64,000 bases of DNA from Narcine bancroftii (taxonomy: Eukaryota): the NCBI RefSeq assembly GCF_036971445.1, contig NC_091475.1, positions 46,624,001-46,688,000 of the forward strand. The letters are read 5' to 3'. The first letter of the stretch is position 1; each line of letters begins with the position of its first letter. The notes under the pieces were generated by a model. That model did not search any database and was not told the origin of the DNA. It saw only the letters and a program-made list of their open reading frames with translations. A program made the translations under genes and the position numbers. Positions 51,490 through 64,000 of this stretch are shown here, piece by piece.

Positions 51490-53660
51490 CTGTTACCAGG
51501 ATAAAGAGCATGCAAGGAAGCAAAGATTAGTGGGAAGACAGAGGACTGGGAAGCTTTTAAAAGCTTACAGAAGGCATCTAAGAATGTCATTGGGAGGGTA
51601 AAGATGAACTTTAAAAGAAAGCTAGAAAATAATATGAAAAAGGTCAATAAAAGCTTTTTTTTAGAATATTAAAACAAGAGGTTAAAGTAGATATAGGACC
51701 AATAGAAAACGACACTGGAAAAAGTCTAATGAGAGACAAGTAGATGACAGATCAACTGAATGAGTATTTTGCATCAGTCTTCACTGTGGAATATATTAGC
51801 AGTGTACCAGACTTTCAAGCCTGTCACCGAAGAGACATGAGTGCAGTCACAATCATGATAAAGAAGGAGCTTGTGAAGCTGAATGGTCTACGGCAGTGGT
51901 TTTCAAACTGCCTCCAAACTCACATACCAGCTTAAACAATCCCTATGCCATAGGTGCTCTGTGATTAGTGAGGGATTGCTTAAAGTGGTATGTGAGTGAG
52001 AAGGAAAGGTTGAGAACCACTGCTCTCGACCCAATCTTTACTAAAATATTTTGCTTGAGAAAAATGATCATTGGCCCATTCCATTTGGAGTTATGAAACA
52101 GTGCACATAACAAGTCACTTAGGTATTCAAACTTTTTCTTCCTACTCACATACCTTATCCCTTACTAATCACAGAACACTTATGGCATAGGGATTACTTA
52201 AAGTGGAATGTGAATTTGAAAACCACTGGTCTAAGGGTAGATAAGTCTCGCGGGCCATATGGAGTGGACCCTCTGGTTCTGAAAGAAGTACCTATAAAGA
52301 TTGTGGAGACATTGGTAATGATCTTCCAAGAATCAATAGATTCTGGCATGGTTCCAGAGGATTGGAAAATTGCAAAGGTCATTCTACTGTTTAAAAAGGA
52401 GGGAGACAGCAGGAAGGAAATTATAGACCTGTTATCCTAGGGAGTATTTGGATGTGCATAACAAGATAGTAAAAAGTCAGCATGGTTTCCTTAAGGGAAA
52501 ATCTTGCCTGACAAACCTACTACAATTTTTTGAGGAAGCCACAAGCAGGTGAGACAAGGGAGATGCAGTGGATGCTGTGTATTTGGAGTTTCAAAAGGAC
52601 TTTGATGAGGTGCCACATATGAGGCTGCTAAAGAAGATTGAAGCCTATGGAGTTACAGGAAAGATACTAGCATGGGTAGAGTGTTGGCTGATCAGCAGAA
52701 AGCAGAGATTGGGAATAAAGGGATCCCCTTCTTTTGACATGGTATGTTAATGACTTGGATGACTGAATAAATTGCTTTGTGGCAAAGTTGCAGATAATAT
52801 AAAGATAGGTGCAGGGACATGTAATGATGAGGAAATGGAAAGGCTGCAGAAAGACTTGGATTAGGAGAATGTTGGAATGTATAAAGATCTGCACTTTGGT
52901 AGAAGGAATAAAAGGCCAGACTTTTATTTGGATGGAGAGAACATTCAAAATTCAGAGGTGCAAAGGAATGGGAGTCCATGTGCAGGATACCATAAAGGTT
53001 AACCTTTAGGTTGAGTCAATGGTGAAGAAGGCAATGGTGGCACTCATATCTAAAGGAAAAGGTATTAAAGCAGGGATGCAATGTTGAGGCTTTCTCAGGC
53101 ACTGATGAGGCCTCACAGAGCACAGGATACAGTTTTGGGCTCCTTATTTAAATAAGGATGTGCTGGCATTGGAGAAGATTCAGAGAAAATTCGCAAGAAT
53201 GATTAGCATATGAGGAATCTTTGTCGGCTTTTGGACTGTACTCCTTAGGAGATCAGAAGAAAGAGGTGGGGGGGAATCTCATAGAAGCATTTAGAATGTT
53301 GAAAGGCCTGGAGAGAGTAGATATGGCCAAGTTGGCCATGGTAGGGGAGTCAAGGACAAGAGGGCACAACTTCAGGAATGAAGGGCAACTATTTAAAACA
53401 GAGATGTGGAGAAATTTCTTCAGCTAGAGAGTAATGAACTTCTGGAATTTGCTACCATGGGCAGCTGTGGAGTTCAGGTCAGTGGGTGTACTTAAGGCAG
53501 AGAATTAAAGTTATCTGAGTGTCCAGGGTATCAACCATTTTGGGGAGAAGGCAAGGGAGTGGGGCTGGGTGATAGAATGTATCAGATCACGATTGAATGG
53601 TGAAGTGGACTCGATAGAGTGAATGGCTTACTTCTGCTCCTATATCTTCTGGTCTTATGG
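51490..53660 (+). mobile_element. Degraded CR1 LINE ORF2 and 3'UTR
   Basis: LNEYFASVFT, DKSRGPYG, VPEDWKIA, QHGF..GKSCLTNL, DAVYLEFQK, TRGHN motifs. Confidence 0.88.
51894..52228. mobile_element. Composite hAT MITE, second copy, inserted in a CR1 LINE
   Basis: CAGTGGTTTTCAAA ... TTTGAAAACCACTG termini; 8-bp TSD GTCTACGG/GTCTAAGG; CR1 sequence resumes on both sides. Confidence 0.85.
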
Positions 53661-54269
53661 TGATCCAGATTCACTCTGAATCACCCTGCCACTCCTGCCT
53701 GCTACCATGAGCCTAACATGCTTTGTTCTGCTTTCTCTCTGCTGTATCATTCTGCACATGCTTCACCCTCCCGACCATGCTCTCTGAAGCCCTTGTGCCT
53801 CCACAGATTTCATGCTCCACTTCCCATCATTCAGCTCTGTCTGTATCCAAGTACTGTTAAGTATTGACAGGTCAGTTGACCTCTCGCTAAGTGATTATGA
53901 CCAATCACTTTTGCGTGTTGTTTCATCAGTTTCCCCCATTCCTGGTCACCGTACTCAGTTCGTTAGCCCACATCCATTCAAACCTACTTGAAAAAACCTC
54001 CCCTCTGTTGGGTCCGCTTCCAGTTGGCCTTGACCAAACCTGAATATCTGCCATCTCTCACTTCCCGCTGCAGCCTGCCACCTCTGAGCCCAAGGTGGAT
54101 CACCTTCACTTCACCCTGCCCCTTTACATATCACCCTCTGGTGTGCTATCTCATCCCTTGCACCTCAATATGATTCATGCACCAATTTCAATCACCCAAT
54201 TGTGATTATTTCAAATGACCTCTTCACAGTTGGTCAATTTCCCCCTCATCATGTCCATCCCTGTCCTGA

Positions 54270-54965
54270 TTCAGAATCAGAATTTATTGCCATGAACATG
54301 TCACAAAATTTGTTGTCTTGCAGCAGAATCACAGTGTAAATATTTATATAAAAACATTACAAAATAAATTAAAACAATACAAGAAAAAGTTGAAGTAAAT
54401 TAGTGTCTGTGGTTCATTATTCATTCAGGAATTTGGTGGCAGTGGAGAAGAAGCTGTCCTTGTGCCACTTACTACTGTACCTTTTCCCCAATGGTGGCAG
54501 AGTGAAGAAGACATGGCCTGAGTAGTGGGGGGTCCTTGAGGATAGACGCTGTTTTCCTAAGATACTACCTCTGATAGATATTCTCGATGGTGTGAAATCT
54601 GGTGCCTGTGGTGTCACAGGCTGAGTTAACAACCCTCTGGAGTTTATTCTTGTCCTGAGTGTTGGCACCTCTGTAGCAGAAAGCGATGCAACCAGCCAGA
54701 ATGCTCTCCGTGGGTCACCTGTAGAATTTTTCAAGAGTCTCCAGTGACATATCGTATCTCCTCAAACACCTCACAAAGTGTAACTGCTGGTGAGCCTTCT
54801 TCCTGATTGCATCAACATGGAGGCTCCGGGACAGATCCTCAGACCTGTTGTCACCCAGGAATTTGAAGTTCTTGACCTTCTCCACTACTGAGCGCTTGAT
54901 GAGGACTGGTTCGTGTTCTCCTGATTTCCTTCTGAAGTCCACAATCATCTCCTTTGTTTTGAGTG
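54270..54965 (-). mobile_element. Rex1/Babar-like LINE 3' fragment
   Basis: MIVDFRRK..FKFLG..KKAHQQLHFVR.LRR..FYR; GATTCAGAATCAGAAT tail. Confidence 0.8.
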
Positions 54966-55493
54966 CAATACTCTAGCTCCCCACAAGCTCTGTTAGGCCA
55001 TTACCTTTTCATGACTGCTCAAGCATGCTGATGCCTCCCATTCATGTCTGTTCAAACTCCATGAAGCCATATTCTCCACAGGTCCGCTAGAACTCCACCC
55101 TGCCGGTTCCCACCCATTTGCCAGAACCAATCTGAATCACCGCTGCCTCTCGCTTGTCCTAAAGCCCATTGTGGTTCTCTTGCCTCCACCCTGTCCTCTG
55201 TCTTCACATTCTGTTGTGTGTGGGCTCATCACCTTGCACCTATAACATTTGATGATGCATTTCCAATCACAAGCGGTTGCTGCGGCAAATCACTTCTACA
55301 CATAGGTTGATCAGGTTCTCCAGGGCGTGTCTTATCTTGTCCCAGTTCATCCTACACAGTCTGTTCAGCCATCACCCTTTCACATCCGTTTCAATTCCAC
55401 ACTGCCATATTCCTCGCATATTCCTCTGCCGCTACTCCCTTCTCACTAAGACATTGCGCTTGACCCTTGCTTCACTCAGATTTCTGAGTCCGC

Positions 55494-55557
55494 TTCAGAT
55501 TCACCCTGACAGGCCCGCACCCATTTTCAGATTCACCCTGACAGGCCCGCACCCATT
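55494..55557. repeat. Perfect 32-bp tandem duplication
   Basis: TTCAGATTCACCCTGACAGGCCCGCACCCATT x2. Confidence 0.9.
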
Positions 55558-55803
55558 TGCCGGATGCAGTCCGGCTCACCTTGCTGCCCCACTCTCTCGC
55601 CATCTCTCTGTCACTCTCGTCTGTGTTGCAATCAACCAGGCCAATGAAATGTGCTGATGAAAATGATACCCAATAAAGTGCTCAGGATTGAAACGACTGC
55701 CGTTTGCTTCCTGTGGAATTGTAGTAAGACCTTTGACAAGGTCCCACATGGGAGGTTAGTTCAGAAGGTTCATCTGCTGAGTCTCCCCAACACTTTTGTG
55801 CAC

Positions 55804-56179
55804 TGTTTATGTTTGGGATCTGAGCGATGCTCAGCAAAGCCAGCATTTATTGGTTGCAGAGAGACTTAGATTAGGAGACTGGGTAAAGAAGTGGCCAATT
55901 TTGGAAGTATATAGTCTGGCAGGGTGGGTATAATCCTTGCTTATAGGGTGTGAATGACTGCATCACCTGTGTAAATTAATACTTGTGTGCTGTCTAATGT
56001 TTTTCCCCGTTTGTTTCCCGTTACAATGGGTTCCCACGCTCTCTTATAAATTCTGTGCATTTGTTCCCTTGTTCCCTTATAAATTGCCTTTCTTATTAAT
56101 TGTTGTGTTAATAAAAACCCTTGTGTCCAGACTCGTCCCTCTTTGAACCCACTGAATCTGCCACTTTCTCTGCAAAACA
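55804..56179 (+). mobile_element. Putative solo LTR
   Basis: TGTTT...AAACA termini; TATAAA and AATAAA in promoter-then-poly(A) order; no TSD found. Confidence 0.5.
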
Positions 56180-57880
56180 TATAGACAACAAACAATAATG
56201 GTCCCAACACCGATCCCTGAGGCACACCACTAATCACAGGCCTACCATCTGAGAAGCAATCATCCACTACCACTCTCAATCTTCTCCCATTCAGCCAAAT
56301 CCATTTTACAAACTCTCCATGGATACCTAGTGTATGAACCTTCTGAACTACCCTCCCATGTGGGACCTTGTCAAAGGTCTTATTAAAGTCCATATAGACA
56401 ACATCCACAGCCTTTTCTTCATCTACTTTCTTGGTAACCTCCTTGAAAAACTATAAAATTTGTTGAACACAACCTACCATGCACAAAGCCATGCTGACTC
56501 TCCTTAATCAGCCCTTGGCTGTCCAAATACTTGTATAACCGATCTCTCAGAACACCCTCCAATAATTTGCCCATTGCTGACATCAAGCTCACCAGCCTGT
56601 AATTTCCTGGTTAACTTTTGGAGACTTTTTTAAATAACGCTACCTCCTAATCTTCCAGCACCTCACCCGTACCTAAGGACATTTTAAATATTTCTGCCAG
56701 GGACTCTGTAATTTCTACGTGAGTCTCCCTCAAGATCCGAGAGAATGTTATGTTAGGCCCTGGGGATTTATCTACTTTTATTGGGTAGCAACGCATTTCC
56801 AGCACGAGTGATAGGAACTGGTCTAAGGTTCGAATCACGTGCTGTCTGTAAAGAGTTTGTGGGTTTTCTTCGGGGGCTCTGGTTTCCTCCCGCCATTCAA
56901 AATGTACCGAGGATGTACGTTAATGGGGTGTAAATTGGATGGCATGGACGTGACCGAAGTGGCCTGTTACTGTGCTGCATGTCTAAATTTTTTTAAATTA
57001 CATTTTTTCACTGTAAGGCAGCAAGCATCTCCTCCTCTTTAATCTCTATATGTTCCATGGCACTACTACTTGTTTTCCTTCCTTATCCAGTGTCCTGAGT
57101 AAATACTGTTGCAAAAAAAACATTTAAGATCTCCCCCATCTCGTTAAGATCCACATATAGTTGACCACTCTGATCTTATATGGCACCAAATTTGTTCTTT
57201 ATTATCTTTTTACTCTTAACATACTTGCAGAAACCCTTCGGCTTTACCTTCACATTATCTGCCAAAGCAACCTCATGTCTTCTTTTTGCCTTCCTGATTT
57301 CCTTCTTAATTATTCTTTTACATTCTCTATACTCTTCTCGTACCTCATTTGCTCCTTATTGTCTCTACCTGCTCTATGCCTCTTTCTTCCTCTTTACCAG
57401 ATTGCCAATATCCCTTGAAAACCAAAGTTCCCTATACCTTTAATCCTGACAGTAACATGCAAACTCTGCACTCTCAAAATTTCGCCTTTGAAGGAGTTCT
57501 ACTTACTGACAAGTAAGTATTTGCCAGACAACTAATCCCAGACTCTTCCTCGATTTTTTCTCAATTCCACAAAATTGGCTTTTCTCCAATTTAGAATCCC
57601 AACTCAAGGACCAGACCTATCCATATCCATAATTAACTTGAAACTAATGACATCATGGTCACTGGACCCAAAATATTTGCCTCCACATACTTCTGTCACC
57701 TGACCTGTCTAGTTCCCCAATAGGAGATCAAGTACTGGATCCTCTCTCATTGGTACCTCTATATATCAATTTAGAAAACTACCTTGAACACATTTGACAA
57801 ACTCAAAGCCATCCAGCCCTGTTACAGAATGGGTCCTACTATCATAACTTTCTGTTTCTTACATCGGTCTGCCTTCTCTC
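56180..57880 (-). mobile_element. Degraded CR1 LINE ORF2, interrupted by a SINE
   Basis: DVVYMDFNKTFDKVPHGR, GVPQGSVLGPLLF, DKSPGP motifs. Confidence 0.85.
56785..56998 (+). mobile_element. HE1/V-SINE-like SINE nested in CR1
   Basis: B-box GGTTCGAATC, family core and tail. Confidence 0.75.
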
Positions 57881-58120
57881 TACAGATGTGGAGGAATTTC
57901 TTCAGTCAGGGTGGTGAACCTCTGGAATTTGCTACCATGAGCTCTCCTGCAGAGGCCGTTGTTGGGTGTATTTAAGATAGAGATTAATAGGTATCTGATT
58001 AGTGAGGGTTTTAAATGTTACAGGGAGAAGACAGAGGAGTGGGGCTGAGTGGGAGAATGGATCAGCTCATGGTAGAATGGTGGATTGGATGAATGGCCTA
58101 CTTCTTCCTGTATCTATGGG
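57880..58120 (+). mobile_element. CR1 3' end fragment
   Basis: Similar to 53400-53660 (MWRNFFSQ, 3'UTR GAATGGCCTACTTCT). Confidence 0.7.
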
Positions 58121-58589
58121 CTTATTGCCCTTTCTAATTGCTGTTGAAAAGGTTGTGGTGAGCCATGAACTATCACAGTCTTTCTGGTGAACCCACAGCA
58201 CTGATTGTGAACTGATTTCAGGATTCAGATCTGCTGTTATGAGGACCAGCAATATATTTCCAAATTTGGATGGTTGAGCAGAACTACCTGTAGCCTTGTC
58301 CTTTCTGGAGGGTGCAGGTACAGCAGGTGCTATTGGAGTCACTGCACACATAACTCAATGCAGACTATAGCCACCATGCATTGGTGATGGGGTATTGAAT
58401 GTTTGGGATGCCATCCGAGCAAGCGGCTTTGTTGTGGAGGATGTTGTGTTGCTGAGAGTCGTTAGTGCTGTACACATCCAGGTCAGTGCAGAGCATACCA
58501 ACAGGGAACCATAATGCAGCTTACATTTTGGAAGGGAGTGAACATTTGAGGTGGATGTGGGGGTTGGTGGAGTATTGGGAAGAAACTTT

Positions 58590-58792
58590 GGGTTAGTACA
58601 ACACTGTTACAGCATCAGTGACTGGGTTTCAAATCTGTAAGGAGTTTGTACATTCTCCCCATGTCTGCATAGGTTTCCTTTGGGTGCTCTGGTTTCCTCC
58701 CACCCTTCAAAAACGTAGGTCAATTGGGTCTAATTGAGCAGCATGAGATCATGGGCCGAAAGGGCCTGTTACCATGCTGTATGTCTAAATTT
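58590..58792 (+). mobile_element. HE1/V-SINE-like SINE
   Basis: Same core and tail. Confidence 0.75.
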
Positions 58793-60944
58793 ATATTCAC
58801 TCCCTTCTGCTACCACTCTACATTTGTCTGATGGACCCATGCAGATGCAGAACATCTTACTTTCCTTTCCAACTCCTCCACTAGGGTTACCAATGTCGGG
58901 TCGAAAAGCTTTGATAGCCCAATTTTTGCCCAGTCCCCTTCATTCTAATTCATCTGTGGAACAATTGCCAGCACCTCTGCTTTAAGATGTAAAATCTGGT
59001 ATCAACTGGCAGTGGGCACTGTGACATGGGCCGATGGGTAGTATGTCCAACCAATGAATAACAGACACTATTAGCTGGATGCTGAGTTGACTATAATCAA
59101 CAGCATGGATTACACCAAACATGGCATGGGGTCACTGCACACCATGAACTCTGCCCCCACGCTCCTCCGCTCTTGACCTTAGCCTCTGTGGTTTTTTATT
59201 TCTGTTCATACTGGTCTTTTAAAAGATGGATAAAAACAACAGGAATCTGATCTTTGGGAAAATTTTATTTTACACATGGGAAAATGTCATGCGTCAATGC
59301 ACCTAAATGTATTATGGCATTCAAACCTAAGGAATAACAACATCTGGTGACCTGCATAACAACACAAGATGCTGCCAGTGGGCCACAGAGTATAAACAGA
59401 ATCATAACTATCCTGGAGAGTGACAGCTAATTTACAGAAATTTCTCTCAAAACCATCTCAGGAATGATGGATGGGAATAAAACTTAAACCTCATTGCCTT
59501 ACCGGATTCTGCCAGCAAGGCCTGAGAATGCCACTCAGCTGTGACCCTGAAAATGGGGAGAAAAAAATGAGGGCATTTTTTTTTTGCTCAACCGTTGTTC
59601 TCTGGTGAAATGGGTGGATTTCTGAAGTGGGAGTGCCAAGCAATTTGTGATGCCGTTAGGGACCGGTCATTCTCTTTGAGGTCAACTCCTGCTTCTGAAG
59701 CGAAAGCCCAACTCCAGCCAACACACTGTCTCATCCTCCTGCAGTCCGTTCATTGATCTAGAGGCTGCTGGTTTCCTCCCGGTGGCTGACGACTGAAGAA
59801 ACCCACATCTCAGAATTAAGCAAAGCTTCCCCTGCTCCACCGATGGGTAAACTCCACAAGGTCTGACAGCCAAAGGACTTCTGGGTGATAATTTTCCCTA
59901 TCATCGAGAGGGAGAAATGGTAATGTAATACCTGGATTGTTAGTTACCGGGAATGGGTTGGGGGGGGGGGGGATGGGCAGGGGAGAACAATAAGGAAATG
60001 ATTGAACAGCAGCTTTAAAACAGGGGTTGAACATGAACTTGAGAAGGAATCATTTGTAGGCTATGGCGAAAGGGAAGGGAAGTGTGCTGCAAAATAAAGG
60101 TATAATTCAGGTGTTTCTAATAATTACTTCAAATCATAAATGTTTGACATACAATTTGTGTGAGAAGATTCCTTACATTCTAATTGACATTGCAAATTAG
60201 AATTCTCCCTTCAGTAAAATCACTGAAAGCAGCCATTTCACCTTCACTGAGTCTGATCCACTCATACATTTGTGGCACTTCCAACATCTTACTCTTTGCC
60301 AATTATACAGCGCAAATTTTATGACATTAGAACATTATGAATGGTAAGAAGAAATCTTATTCATCTGCTTTGCCTTGATAAGATCCAAAAAATACTCAAT
60401 AATGCATTTGTGTGTTTAACAATTTGACCCTGCAGTGGAGGAGGTACTTGCCCTGATTTGTTGCCAAACCTGCAGATAGTGAGGTGAAATGTCAGCAGTA
60501 ACCAAGAACATGCCTTCTCCTAGTCAGACGACCACATTGGATATACAAATACACAAGCACTGCCTTTTATTTACATTTTGTGCATGTGTGGAGTTATTGT
60601 CACAAGATTACAACAAACCAAGGCAGCTCAGGATGACAGCTAATTAAATATGTTTCCATGGTTCTTGTAATGTTAATATGTTTCATTATTTCAGCCACTT
60701 AATGGTGCACAACTCTCAGTAAGACTTCTAATTTAATACAGAATTATATATGGTTTGATTTCCTCAATGAGGAAATGATTAATTCCTCAACGTGAACCAT
60801 TTACCTGAAATGAGAGGCAATATTCTAGCCTACAGCTCAACGAGGTCTTGGCAGAATTAGATTATGCTGCATTAACATTCATGCTTAATCATGTCATGTT
60901 AAATTAGTGAATTTGTGGGCGTATCACAAAATAAAATCCCTGGA

Positions 60945-61480
60945 TTTAGAACATTACAGCACAGTACAGGCTCTTTGGCCTCAATGTTGTGTGAACCTAT
61001 ATATTCCTACCAAAAATATCTCATAACCTTCCTACCTTGAAGTCCTCTTTTTTCTTTCATCCATGTGCCTAAAGAGTCTCTTAAATACACCCAGTGTTTC
61101 AGCGTCCACCACCATCCCCGGCAAAGCATTCCAGGCATCCTCAGCTCTCTGTGTAAAAAACTTACCCCTGATGTCTCCCTTAAACCTTTCTCCTTCACTT
61201 TGTATAGATGTCCTCTGGTGTTTGCTATTGTTGCCCAGGGGAACAGACACTGCCTGTCCACTTATCTAGGCCTCTCAGAATCTTGTCGCCCTCAACTAAT
61301 TCTCCTCTCATCTTTATTTTCTCCAAAGAGAAAAGTCTGAGCTCTTCTAACCTTACACCATAAGACTTATTTTCCAATCCAGGCAACATCTTGGTAAATC
61401 TCCTCTGCACCCTCTCCATAGCCTCCACATCCTTCCTATAACAAGGTGACCAGAACTGAACACAATGCTCTAAGTGTGTC
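60945..61480 (-). mobile_element. CR1 LINE 3' fragment
   Basis: LEHCVQFWSP..MERVQRRFTKMLPG..FFTQR..WNALPG. Confidence 0.85.
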
Positions 61481-62199
61481 AAACTCGCGGCTATTGTGCA
61501 ATTAATTCTGCTAAATAATGTTATTGCTTTGAACAATTTTATATTCCTTATTTCCTTCTGGTCACTGACCCATCGAGCCCAGCCACCCTACAGCTCAATC
61601 CCCTTCCTACCTTAATTCTCCTCCTGTCATCTCTTCTCCCCTATCACCAAATACTCCACCCAGATTCTATCACCTTTGACACTTTGGGGAAAATTTACAG
61701 AGACTAATTAAGCTAAAGATCTGCACATCCTTGAGACAAGGGAGGACTCTAGATCACCCAGAGGAAACCCACAGTCTCCACACAGACAGCGGCAGAGTTC
61801 AGGATTGAACCTCAGTCACTGAGGCAGCCGTCCTTTTAGCTCTTGAGCTTCCATATATCAGGATCCAATTTTTGGTTTAGTGTTTCTTTATTAATATTTG
61901 ACAAAATTAATGCACTTGAGAGATTTTTTAAAACAGCTTCAGTTAAGAGATACATCAATTTAGTTTTTTTTTTTGTCTTGGACTCAGAGAGTGCAATGCA
62001 TTGAGCTATGTTGTTTGAGAGAGAACACCATCACTATCGGTTGAGCTCACATTATCGTTCTTGCTCTCAGCACAGGTACCTAGGATCTTTCCAGTTGCAT
62101 TTCTGCAAACCTCATTGCTTTTATCAAAGGCATTGTTATTAAAAATAAATAACATTACTTAATGTCCTTTCAAAAACTATTTCCAAAAAGATGATAGGA

Positions 62200-63235
62200 G
62201 TAAAACGCGAAAGCCTGCAGACACCGTGATTGAGGTAAAAACACAGTGCTGGAGAAACTCAGCAGGTTAAGTAGTGAACTTTATGCAGCAAAGATGCCAA
62301 CATTTTAGGCTTGAGCCATGAGAAAAATGTGGGCAGGCGCCCGAACAAAATGGTGATAGGGAGGGGAGGGGCAGGGAGAACAGCACAGTTCCACAGGCAG
62401 GGGGTAATTGGTAGATAAGGGAGGGAAGGCATACCAGTAATCAAGGGGGATGGCTCTGTGAATGGAGAGGGATGGGAGCTGAAAGAAAAGAAGACAGAAA
62501 GATAGGGAAAGAGGGAGAACAGGGAGTGGGCTAGTAGAAACTGGAGAAGTCAATCGGGTGGAGAGTGCCCAGCTAGAAAATTAGGGATTGCTCCTTCAAT
62601 TTGTGGGTGCTCTTGGCTTGACAGTACCTGATGCAGTGGAGAGACATGTCAATGCAGAAATGGGGCGCAGAATTGAAATGGATGGCCACTAGGAGATCCC
62701 CGTCACTGGTATGGACAGAGTGAAGGTGCTCAGTGAAGCGATCTCCCAGTTGGTGTCCAGTCTCCTCGATGTAGAGAAGGCCACAACAGGAGCACAGGAT
62801 GCAGTAAGTACACGTGAGGCTTCACTTGGAAGGATGGTTTGGGGCCTCAAATTGTGGTGAGGGAGGAGGTGTGGGCACCAGCAGGGGATGCCTAGGGGGC
62901 AATTAATGGGAAGAGATGAATGGATGAGGGAGTCACAGAGGGAGGGGTCCCTTCAGAAAGCAGGGAGGGGAGGAGAGGGGAAGATGTGTTTGGTAATGGG
63001 ATCATGATCATGGAAATTCCGGGGGCTTAATGTGTTGGATGCGGAGGCTGGTGGGGTGGTAGGTGAGGACAAGAAGAATCCTGCTTTTGTTGTGTCTGGT
63101 GGCAGAGGGGGCCAGGACAGATGAGGGGGAAATGGAGGAGATATGGGTAAGGGCTGAGTTGATGGTGGTGGTGGGGAAGCCACGCTTTTGGAAGGAGGAG
63201 GACATTTTAGATGATCTGGAAAAAGATGACGTCAG
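62200..63235 (-). mobile_element. Penelope-like element remnant
   Basis: MSSSFQKRGFPTTTINSAL..RILLVLTYHPTSLRIQHI; related to 22570-23430. Confidence 0.7.
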
Positions 63236-64000
63236 TTTTCTTGATGCAGGGGCAAACATAATTCACCTGGGGTTATTTAATTGGTTCTTGGTGACCTCTG
63301 ACTACATCATTAGATTGAAAGAAGACATTCTCAGCCTCGTTCTTCCATTTTGGGAGCATAATTTAAAGACATTGCTTCAAAAATTGAAGTGGGAATTTTA
63401 AACTGTGTGAATGTTCTGAAATCCAGTGGGTGGTTTCACACAGATGAACTGCATTCCCATACTTAAGATCTTGTCTTTCACATACTCACGGACAGATTTT
63501 TGGGATTTATTCCCACCCATGCTTTCTTTCCCAACTCCATCAAATTACTCACCAATCGATTACTCAATTGCATTAGTGTTAAATTTCAGATGCAATATCC
63601 TGAAAACAAGATGTAAAGTCTGCATGGTTGGCAGCTACTAAAACGTTTCTAAAATGTCACCAACAATTTTCATTGGGAAATCAAATTTTTTTTTCAAAAT
63701 AGGTCTTAAAAATTAGAAAAAAAACCTCTTGTAAGTTAAAACTGTAAAACTCAAGTCTTGTCTGCAAATCATAATTTTTCTTGTACATCTGATGATGATT
63801 TCAATTTCCATCCATCAAAAAGTAAACTCAGTCTAAAGTTGCTTGTTTTAATTTCACTGTAATTTCTCCATTAAAAATAGTTGAATACTATGGAAACGAC
63901 ATCATTTTTCAGGCATGGGTTCTGATAGATGCATTCAGCAAACAAAAGTGCCTTTGGCCGATCATCTTTGCACTTAGCATTAAACACCTTGTTACACTAA

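Noticed and set aside
59000-64000. FRMPD4 coding exons or 3'UTR expected from amniote synteny; TLR7 at the other end of the window
   Set aside because: No recognisable FRMPD4 or TLR peptide; AT-rich unique sequence alone cannot support the call.

Overview
This is vertebrate genomic DNA. The repeat content (HE1/V-SINE-like SINEs, CR1, Rex1/Babar, L1/Tx1, RTE, Penelope-like, hAT) suggests a cartilaginous fish; that assignment is an inference. There is one intact protein-coding gene, a 7-exon PRPS2-type ribose-phosphate pyrophosphokinase on the minus strand (CDS 38622->11141). Its coding exons are 122/184/99/125/174/160/93 nt = 957 nt, 318 aa, all introns are GT-AG, and it has a small CpG-rich promoter with E-boxes. 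Most of the rest is nested transposon debris, including a decayed near-full-length Gypsy element 570 bp upstream of the PRPS2 ATG. Three observations stand out. (1) An 84 x 25-bp minisatellite (8361-10460) arose from a segment of a hAT MITE and shows an ordered stepwise AT->GC gradient (40% to 72% GC); it may lie in the PRPS2 3'UTR. (2) The Gypsy element has no tRNA PBS but carries a perfect 15-nt complement to its own LTR poly(A)-signal region (candidate self-priming) and a YLDN RT motif. (3) There are traces of a decayed multi-exon gene (signal-peptide-like, CUB-like and S/T-rich pieces) on the minus strand at 255-6580. Boundaries of old repeats are approximate and family names come from motif recognition, not database searches.
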